From the NCBI GenBank assembly GCA_964247055.1, contig OZ176054.1, positions 8,990,001-9,054,000 of the forward strand: a stretch of DNA of 64,000 nt, written 5' to 3'. Source of the DNA: Paragordius varius. Lineage: Eukaryota; Animalia; Nematomorpha. Positions within the stretch are counted from its first letter, which is position 1. Every line of letters begins with the position of its first letter. This document shows, in pieces, positions 54,501-64,000 of the stretch. The translations under genes were made by a program, and so were the position numbers. The notes beneath the pieces were generated by a model. The model made no database searches. It was not told the origin of the DNA and saw nothing but the letters and a program-made list of their open reading frames with translations.

Positions 54501-57500
54501 TAAAAACGAATGTCTGTCAATTCTACATATACATGACTGTAATAACCCATTGAGTTAAATTGCAGAGTAAAAAATGGAGATGTATATTGTTAACATTGAT
54601 ACTTTACAATTTAAATATTTAAATAGGAAAAAGTAAGGTTTTATGTTATTAGGTTTTTTCGTTTTGTCTGAATATATCAATTTTTATAACAATATAGTCT
54701 AATGGTTTTTTAAATGGTAATAGAACAGGTAAAATATAGCACAATTATTAATAGAAAAACAAAAAATATTACAACCCTATATATATTTTACAATGCTTTT
54801 GTTTCCATTACTAACCACTCTTAACTGTTTTATTAGAAATTTAAACTTTTACCTTTGCATTTGGAGACAAAACTTCTGTTAAGATTGGTTTCACCAATGA
54901 CAATACAACCTGAAACGCTAAATATATTAAACTATCCCAATTCAATCGTAAGATCCATTCGCATTTTTATTTTAATTGCTTATTACTACTTTAACAAAAT
55001 AATATTTAAAAATTAAAATTCATTACTATTTCTATAGAGTTATTTGAAAATATTTGGAGGTTCCGGACAATTTCACATTTCACAATCCGAAGAGAGTAAC
55101 CCAATAAGTATGATTTTTTCAATAAAAACTCATTCAAAGTGACATTTATTTATGTCCTTTTATTTAGCTAAGTACATCAAAGTTATATTGGTTATAATTT
55201 CCCTATTGTATAGATGTTTGGATATCGATAATTTAACAATTATTACAAAACAGAGGCCCCTTTTATTATTATTTTTTGGATATTACCGTTTTCTGCATAT
55301 GATTTTATTTGGCTTGAACATCTGAACATTACTAATAAAATCTGTTTGCGTTTCGATTTCGCATTAATTTGCAAATTACTTAGTCCCTTTTTGTGTTTTA
55401 TTCTAGGGAATTCTAATTTTTATCTAATATATACATTTTTAGTAAAGTTTGAATCAATAAACGTGAAACACTTGAATGATGGCGATATAGCGTACAATGA
55501 CAATTTCGATCACATAAAAGAAAAAGGCTCGAAATTTCAGAAAAGTATGAAAGAACCTAGACTTATTTCCATAATACCATTAAAGGAGGGACAAATTTCC
55601 CTTAATATACATGATGTATGTTTTGATCCAAATATGCAAAATGTTAAATCTATATCAATTACCATATCTAACATTGCAGAAATGAGGATTCATATGGCAA
55701 GCAAAGTTTAAATTATTCATTTTAATATACATATGGTTATGTATTTTATTTTTGGTACTAAAATTTTTAGCGGCGCATTAGACTTACTTCAATAATTTAA
55801 TTTTAAATTTGGGATATCACTTATTTATATTCAAATTTTTACATAAATAAGTTATAATCATTCTGAAGAATAATTTATATGTTAAAATCTTGACGTTACG
55901 ATGTATATTGCAATTTTTTTTCCTATTAACACTCACTATTTTATTGTATGGATTTTAGATTGAAGTTGGCAAATCTAATATCGTAAGTGTAAGTTTTTAT
56001 GACAAAAATCAAAGAGAATTCGATAGACAAGCCTTGCCTGCTAATTTAAAGCTCGATTTTCAAGTCAAAGATTTCAATATTTTAGACATGAAGTATTTAT
56101 TAAAATTATATATTATTTATCATTTTGTACGAAAAACGTATTTTTGAAAACAAATTAATTAATAATGAACAGGTTAGTTGAAAAACCACACGAATTACCC
56201 GTAGCGAAACCTATTTTTGTCCAATATAAAATTAAGGGAAAAACTGTGGGTCACACCACAGTTACTTTTACATTATATGATACGACCACCAATGAAAATA
56301 TAAGACAGAGCATAGAATTTGTCCAAGTTTTTGAGCGATTTAGTCTTGAACCAAAAGAAATTACATTGATTCCTGATTCAATATTTCAGGTATGACTTAT
56401 TTTGACAATATCGTTTTAAGGAGAAATGTAATTTTTACAAAAAAATATTGTATTTTTGTCAGGCACAAACAAACATATAATATATTTTCATATTGATACT
56501 TTTTTTTAAATTTTTACGACTTGCGAAATTTATAAAATAATTGATATATTGTATAAATCATCATTTATTAACTTATTTTTAAATTTCTTGGTCCTAAAAC
56601 AGTTAGTTTATTTTTATGAATGTCTTTTTAGTTAAAACCCATTCTCCCCATCGAAACTTTTGACACTAAATTGACCTTCCACATTGAATCTCATGGATTT
56701 GATCTTATGCAACACAATACTCAAGAAAATAAGTTTATGCGAGTCTCTGACATAGGTAAATAATAAAAAAATTTTGGTATATGATTTCAATTTGTAAATG
56801 ATTCAAACATTATATTTTCATAAAATCAAATCTATAGGAATGATTACGACATTAAGTGAAGGCACTAGTAATATCACTTCAATATTAACGGGATATAGCG
56901 AAAAATATGCGCAAAACGATTTGAATCAAAAAATTGAATGCAAAGTAACTTATTATCGCTTTAAATACAAAGATATTGGTTGTTTTTCGCATTGGTGCGA
57001 CAATTAATACCATTTTTATTTTATTTGTCGCATCGTTAAAATTTAGAGCAAAAATTTATTGCTTTCAAGTTCATTTAAATAGTCAAGCTTTATTCATTAT
57101 TTTTCAAAAAAATAGCGATGAATTAATTAATTTAATAACTATTTAATGAAAATTGTTATGAATGCGTTTCAATGCCGAAACATTGAAGCGTAACTATTTT
57201 ATAAGTTTTAACATGACTTTTAACCAGTGTTCAGGAACCGACCTGGTCCCGGTTCCACTTTTTTTGAACCGGTTCCATTGGGATGGAACCGACACGGTCC
57301 CGGTTCCACTTCTCCGGGCCCCGGTGCCGATTCCAAAATTTTAGGAACCAACCCGGTTTTGTTTCCAACCGTTCAAGAACTAACCCGGTTCCGGTTCCAC
57401 CCCCTTAATTACTGGTTCCCATATGATTTTTATTATAAAAATTTTATTTTATTATTAAAATTTAATTGTACCACTACACATTACAACATAATTTAAACCT

Positions 57501-57592
57501 AAAATTAAGCGGCTAATATCTCTGAATTACGGACGATTCGGCTCTTCTAAAAACTAAGTCATAACTCAAGTTCATTTATAATACATATGTTC

Positions 57593-57637
<45 letters not shown>

Positions 57638-58266
57638 TCTCCGTTGAAAGGAATTTTTCACCCTTAATTTTCTATTTTCAGACTTGAAAAGCAGTTTGAC
57701 CAGCGAATCGCTTGGTGCAATAATCTTTTAGTTAAAAAAGTTTTTTAGATGCCATATATTTTTAACTCTCATTTTATACCTTTGTACTTATCCATTTTCC
57801 TGTTATAATTTTATAATTTGTTTCATTTATTATGCTAGACTATATTTCTTTCACTATACATTTGGTAATTTATAATAAATTGTTTGATTTAATTTTGGTT
57901 GTATTATTATAATAATTTTGTAAATCATTTAATTAAAAGTCAGGAACCGAAAAGGAAACCGGTTCTAAATGTAAAATACCGGTTCCGGAACCGCTAAATT
58001 TTTAAGGAATCAAGGCGGTTCCGGTTCTATTTTTTTTGAACCGGTTCCAACTGCCTTTAACTATTTGAATAAGAATAAAAAATATATTTTAATGGTTGCA
58101 TGCTATTTAATCTAGTTTAATTTGTTATTAACCATATTTTTAGATTTAAATAATGCTTAAATATACATATTTAAAAATGTAAATAGGCTACATCCACAGT
58201 TAATGTTGTCAATTTATCCGGCATTCGTATAAAATCACCCATATTGAAATTGGGTGTTGGAAATAT

Positions 58267-58323
<57 letters not shown>

Positions 58324-61300
58324 CAAATTTATTCATTAACAATGTTATTCATAATATGTATTATTTGAATAAGTTGTTAACAAAATTAAAATTATATATA
58401 TTATTTTATTCATACTAGTTTGATTAATGTTTATTTTTACGCGATTATTAACTTTATATTAGATGCCCGTCTATCTTTATGGTATCGATGAAAGCGGAAA
58501 AATTATGGAATCATTATTTACGATTGCTAGCAAAATGGATCCACCCTTTACCATCAAATGGAATGTTTTGGACCAAAATAACTGCGTAATCACAAACAAT
58601 GATATTCTTTCCAAAAGTAAAAATTTCATTTATGCTAAATTTTGTTGAAAAATATTATGTTTTATTTTATATAATAATTGGAATATACGGTTTATTTATT
58701 TTTTTTTGTAAATTTTTGGAATGGGCCTGTCAGGTATTTTATATTAAAAAATCACTGTATGATAAATTTTGAAAAGTCCTTGGTAATCTTTTACTTTTAT
58801 TATATAAATGCAAATTTTTGAATTACATGGAAGTTAACATTTCGATTGACTGATACAATAAAGGAAAAATGTAAACCAGTGTTTGATTTTGTTTGGAATA
58901 ATTGATAGTAATAATTTTTGCTTTATAATTATATATTTTCTCAGATAATTTCATTGTAAATGTTTTGGGTGTGCGATCGGGTCCATGTCATATAACGGCA
59001 AAATTGTCGCTTTTGCAGGAAAAGAAAATATTTGGGAATAGTTTGACATCTTCGATACAAACTCTTAAATTTATTGGGAACACTCTGAAATCTAATATAT
59101 TACACGCCAACAAACACTTCAATTATGAAACTTCCTTTACCATCGAAGTAAATTATAAAAAAAATATTTTTACTCATACTACTGTTAAAAATAAAATTAT
59201 TATATAATAATCAATATTCTATTACATTTATTATCGTAATATATCTAAGTTTAAAGACAATCTACTTTACTAATAATATGTTTATGTCGATTTATAGTAT
59301 AATCGCTATGCACTGATTAATTTGACTAAAATGCAATTGAATCAGATATTAAATGAATAAACGGTTAAGCGTTAGAAAACTATAATTTAAAATCAGAAGA
59401 ATCAAATTATATATATATATATATATTGTTTGTGCCAAGTTATATGTATACTAGGTTATGGAATATTTAAAATTACATACCGCTAATCAAGATCCTATCT
59501 ATCCAAATAATCCAACAATAACCAAAAGCGCAAGCAAAGAAATTCTTTTGAACCCTGGAGCCGAAATATTCCTTAAAATCCTTCGTTATATATTTAACAA
59601 TTAATATAATAATAATAATAATAATAATTTTGCTTATTAGTTTTTTTTTTAATTTTAAGTAAAGTATATTTGTTTGATACTAATATCCCCTTTATTTAAA
59701 AGTTAAAAATTATTTTTTCATAATAATAGCTGAATACAATAATCCTGTAAGGTTAATGTACCTTGATTTGATGAATAACACGAAATATGAATTATTAAAC
59801 CATATTGTCACCAATTCTCTATCAAAGAAACTCAATCAAAACAAAAATAAATATGATGATGCCCTTAGTGTAATTAGTTCAACAAATGCCTTATTATTTG
59901 ATCCTTTAACCAACTTCGTTAAGGTTAATGAAATGATATTTGAATCAGAAAATATGGATTTGGATAGACAAAATACACTAAAGAAGGATATTTTAGTAAC
60001 TGCGTTTAGTGGTGGAGATGCATCGGCATTACTAACAAATGATTTATCATATCCAACAACAATTATTAATAGGGTTGACCAAATATCCCATCTTCTCCTT
60101 AGGGTAACAACGAGTTATTTTTAGGAAATGTGTGTGTAGTTTTTATACTTAAATTACACATACATTTTTATATTATGACAGGTTCGTAACATTGTATACC
60201 TAAGTAGTACATTGATTTTGGATGATTTCATAAGGAACCATTATGAGGAGCAAGGCATATTCCCAGTCGGTTCAACGATAAAAATACGCATTAATTGTCA
60301 TGATGAATATGGCGATTTATTTGATGCTACCCAAATAGCAATTAAATATAGGCCAAATAGGTAAAAATTATTTTTTATCAAGCTTCGAACGCATTTATGA
60401 CCGTCACTCCACGAACGATTATAAATAACCATTCATAACTTTTGTGCATAGGTTATATCAAGTGACACAAAATAAATATACATTATTTAATCTGCTACTA
60501 TTATGCAAATGATCGAATTTATTTTTATCAACTTTTATGTATATATTATTTTTATAAGTTTTGAAACTGATTATTGGTCATTTAATTATTAACCATTTTC
60601 AATATACTGGTTATGGCGGTTAGTCCAGTTATTTTTAAGTAAAAAAATTCAACTCACTTAATAGTATTTCATTATTCTTGATTTCTGTATTTTATATAGA
60701 TTTGATGTCGCAACTATTGAAATGCATTATACCATGTCACCGTTTCTTACACTAAAATTTAATCATCCTGGCCAAATAATAATACATGTTTCCGGCAACA
60801 AAGGACTGGATCATTATATTATACTTGAATGTAAAGATACCATTTCCACATCACCTTTAATACATTTAATTGAATCTGAGCATCCAACATCTAAATTATC
60901 AACTTACTCTCCAATTTCATGTACAAATTCTGCAGTCAAACTTGGGAATTTTGTATGTTTCTCAAACTTGGTATTAGGTAAAAATATTGATCATGTTATT
61001 ATAGTTAAATAATACAAAATATTATAGTATTATTAAATATTTGTTATATCATAGATGATAAAAAATATAAACATGTATGGAAAAGTGGAAGTGGACATAT
61101 CGTTTTGGAATCTATTTCGGGAATCGGCTTTGTTAATAGTTTGGGTGCCAAAGACAATGTAATATTGACTGTAAATATGAATCAATCAACACAAACGGAA
61201 GTAATGATAAATAATTATATAAAAGGTTGATATTTTACCATTCGAGTCCTTGACTTTTATTCCCAAATATGAGGAATATAAAATTCCAAGACAAAAAATA

Positions 61301-63051
61301 TTGGAAGCTAGTAACAAAATTATTGATGGAGGACCCTTATTTATTTCTGATGCTACTTTGGATTCAACATTTAAGTATTTTACACTACTTATATATATTA
61401 GCTTTCCATTTGTAACTTCTAATTTTGAAACAAAAATCGAAAAATATGAAAATTCTACTTGCTTATCGCAAAATGAATCGACCTTAATCGTTCAATTTAT
61501 CAAGAAGCAATTAAATAACTTTTATGATTGTGATATTACTTGGGAAATATCCACTGATTTAGCTCACCACCCCTTTCCAATAAACATACGAACCTTGTTT
61601 AAAGCATCAATCGATTTTAATTATAATACTGGTTTATAAGCATTTTATGTTTAGGGATATATTTTTGCGCTGTAAAATCAATAAATGAAAACCCAGTTGT
61701 GACGGTAAATCAAATTCTTGAAAATATTCGTAATAAAGTCATATCGTACATTCCCAACATTGATATAATTTTGAAGACAAAACATCATTTTAATGGGATA
61801 CAATATCATACGAAACAAACGTTATCCTATTATCCTCCTTTTATACTCTCCAATAATATTCTCCATGTATCCGCTTTAAAACTTCAAGATCATATAACAG
61901 TGACTACACCATCAAAATTAATCCTTTTTTCGATGCAGGTGATGATTTTGTTTTAGATGTTTTTACTTTTTAGAGATGATACTTATTAATAACACAATTT
62001 ATTCAATTTTAGACGATGTTAGATACAGAGGATGTTGAAAAAAATCCATTTACCATAAGCCAATTATCAGTAGCCGATTCTGTAGAAAGTGACCAAATTC
62101 ATTCCATCAAAGTAAATGTGCGTCTCAATATAAAATCAATCGAAAGGTTACAAAGTTTCCCAAAATACCGCATTATTATATTCAGTCCTTTAAACGAACA
62201 AATTGAATATTTAACGGTGTACGTTGATTGGAATAGCCTCTATTCAAGTAATTTATATGTTTTATATTAACCAAGGATTATAACCGGGATAGCTTTTTAT
62301 AGCCGTTTACAGAACCGAAACAAAGGTTCCTAACACTTAAAAAATAATATTTCTAATCTCAACTTATTTCAGTTTTTATTATAATTTCTTTGCGATTATA
62401 ATAATTAAATTTTCCAAAAATCAGCCATAAATTACAGTTTATATGGCATTCAATTTTAACAATTAACGGCGATTTTAGAACTTTTTTAGTTAAAAAGTGA
62501 TTAAACCGGATTGCGAAATCATATCCGAAATTTTTTTATAAAAAACCTTTTTTGATTATTAACTATAGACTTTTAAATAATGCTTCATGAAATATACGGT
62601 TCTTTAGATGTTAACCACCCAAGCGAAGAAAATGAATTTAATATATTTGATGTATCAACGAATCTCAGCAACTTTTTCAAGTACTTAATTGATTCCTATT
62701 ACATGTGGTTGAAATGGTTCAGTATTTTCCTATTTTCCATTATATTGGCCTTCATAGGTTAATTTTGCCAATTATTTTTATATAATAGCATGGCATATTT
62801 TATTCGTAGACAATGGTATAATGGCCATATTTTATCCCAGAGATATGCAAAAACCCAAAATAATATATAGTATTCATTATATCGTAATGTTAGATAAATC
62901 ACCAAACCAAAAAATGTATCTTAATAGATCCATTAATGATACTTACAGATTTAATAATAGTTCTCAACCAACACCATTTGATCCAAAATCCACAAGGTTA
63001 TGGAGTTTAGGTATATATTTGGTACAATTTAATTTGATTGTAGGTAATTGA
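44593..63051 (+). CDS. NUP210: Nuclear pore membrane glycoprotein 210 (gp210), many exons
   Basis: Signal peptide MFWIILCALFLG; KLNTPRLLVPY...ASNGCFKW; FSTLAG; AFGGSGKYGW; GPLPW; DHLGRQFYNFSSINLKW; VFERFSLEPKEITL. TM segment near 62700-62757 (SYYMWLKWFSIFLFSIILAFI) and tail ...TRLWS, colinear with human NUP210. Not every internal boundary was resolved. Confidence 0.93.
47705..48053. mobile_element. Degenerate hAT-type MITE in a NUP210 intron
   Basis: Left end CTGAGGTTTCCGATACCCGCAGCCCACATGCTGCCC and right end TTGAAGACATCCTTG resemble hAT MITE termini; flanks GTTTAAGA / GTTTAAAG. Confidence 0.5.
50078..50383. mobile_element. TA-flanked MITE (Tc1/mariner-type), copy 1
   Basis: TIR CCATTTACAATT / CCATTTACAGTT, TA on both sides, subterminal AATTCACCC repeats. 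Confidence 0.8.
51495..51546. repeat. (AT)n microsatellite; similar tracts near 240, 9920, 32670, 36500, 38760, 50020, 57594-57635 and 58269-58320
   Basis: Direct dinucleotide runs. Confidence 0.95.
51552..51777. mobile_element. TA-flanked MITE, copy 2 of the same family
   Basis: Same TIRs (CCATTTACAATT...AACTGTAAATGG), TA flanks, shorter interior (226 bp). Confidence 0.8.
57225..58053. mobile_element. hAT-type MITE with GGAACCGG subterminal repeats, containing a (TA)21 tract
   Basis: Starts CAGTGTTCAGGAACC and ends CCGGTTCCAACTG; 8-bp TSD CTTTTAAC / CCTTTAAC (one mismatch); many GAACCGG/CCGGTTC copies at both ends. Confidence 0.8.
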
Positions 63052-63160
63052 AAACACCGTTGTTGATTTGAAATCTCACAACGTTATGTTTTGTATATAA
63101 TAATAATAATTTATTATTAACTAGTAAAATAAATAATTTATCTATTATATAAATGCTTTT

Positions 63161-63884
63161 CTAATTATTTGGATAGTTAAATGGCCTCTGTACTTCGTGC
63201 CATATACATTTTTGCTGTTCTTGTTCAATAATATGCAAAAGGTCTTCACAAATGCTTGATAAATTCATGTTGGAAGGAATGTAAGCTATAAAATATTGAT
63301 TAATTTCGTAAATTTACTTTGAACTAGAGAATGGAGCAAAGGATTTGATGATTTGTTCAAAAAGTGTACAATTTGTTTACTATTTTTATATTCAATCATT
63401 GTTTCGGTGAAATTGTATTGACGGTTAATTATACTTGTATAATCCCTATTAATTAATTAAGTCAAGCAAACTTCCATTGCTTTGCATTCTTGAATTTAAT
63501 TAAGACACAGATTGGAAAAATATCTACTTCACACAATTTTTCTATTGCTTCCACACTAATGTCTAAAAGGGTGTGAGCTGTTTTCTAAACATATAATAAA
63601 TATCATAATGTGAATATTGTTGCAAATTTATGATTATCTTAAAAAGGAGTATACCTGATTTTTGAGAGTTTTGACATGATCCAGGGATATGTACTCAAAA
63701 AACGTTCCACATTTTTTATAATCAATATAGATATTATCTTGTAAGCCTTGAGCCATCATTTTTGGCGAGCATTTCATTAACTCTCCATCAAAATGTATAA
63801 ATTTATATGGCCACAATTCACATAATTGATCCATAATTTTTTTGTGTAATGGTCCACACAAAATGATGGGCCGTTGATAATAAA
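63161..63884 (-). CDS. DLG5: Discs large 5-like MAGUK, guanylate-kinase-like C-terminus (5' part outside the window)
   Basis: RPIILCGPL...KFIHFDGELMKCS...GLQDNIYIDYKK, HTLLDISVEAIEKL...IFPICVLIKFKNAKQWK and LSSICEDLLHIIEQEQQKCIW are colinear with the human DLG5 GK domain. Confidence 0.88.
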
Positions 63885-63929
63885 CTAAAGCAAACATGAT
63901 TGTTTAGTTCTCAAAAATTAAACAATATA

Positions 63930-64000
63930 CAGTGCATTCTTCCCCGATTGTGGGAAAAATACGTGGGTTATTATCCGCATCAGACCCTTTTTAAAAAATA
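63930..64000. mobile_element. Left end of a Tc1-type MITE related to 32991-33226 (truncated by the window end)
   Basis: TA|CAGTGCATTC..., sharing GTGGGAAAAA..C.TGGGT.ATTATCCGCA..A..CCCTTTT with the 33000-33060 copy. Confidence 0.6.

Noticed and set aside
9238-62762. Numerous short ORFs antisense to exons or inside introns (e.g. 9238, 11240, 12810, 13025, 14466, 28562, 35743, 38863, 40795-41356, 47541, 49848, 51109, 57162, 57227)
   Set aside because: They are antisense shadows of real exons, alternative frames, MITE sequence or AT-rich/(TA)n noise, with no recognisable domains.

Overview
Very AT-rich genomic DNA from an animal. It holds nine intron-containing protein-coding genes: PKA catalytic subunit (5'-truncated, +), HYPK (-), THOC5 (+), WNT5 (-), SF3A2 (-), EIF2B2 (+), a DHX9/maleless-like gene (-), NUP210 (+) and the 3' end of DLG5 (-). 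It also holds a decayed Buster-type hAT transposon, hAT and Tc1/mariner-type MITEs, an RTE LINE fragment and a ~160-bp A/B satellite. Exon models were built by hand from GT-AG sites and recalled homology to human/fly proteins; no database search was run. Main signals: (1) The DHX9-like gene has an intact 30-exon frame (~1,806 aa) with both dsRBDs, but helicase motifs Ia, II, III, IV, V and VI are degenerate (motif VI QRxGRAGR reads MRYSLASH), and it carries a ~570-aa low-complexity, prion-like tail. It is a candidate pseudo-helicase RNA scaffold. (2) Three head-to-head gene pairs have only 7, 28 (or 58) and 74 bp between start codons. (3) Many spliceosomal introns are only 21-27 nt and cluster at gene 5' ends; one appears to be GT-TG. 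(4) WNT5 has an altered lipidation motif and large insertions. Tiny introns suggest a compacted, possibly parasitic animal genome (dicyemid-like), but the organism cannot be identified from this window.
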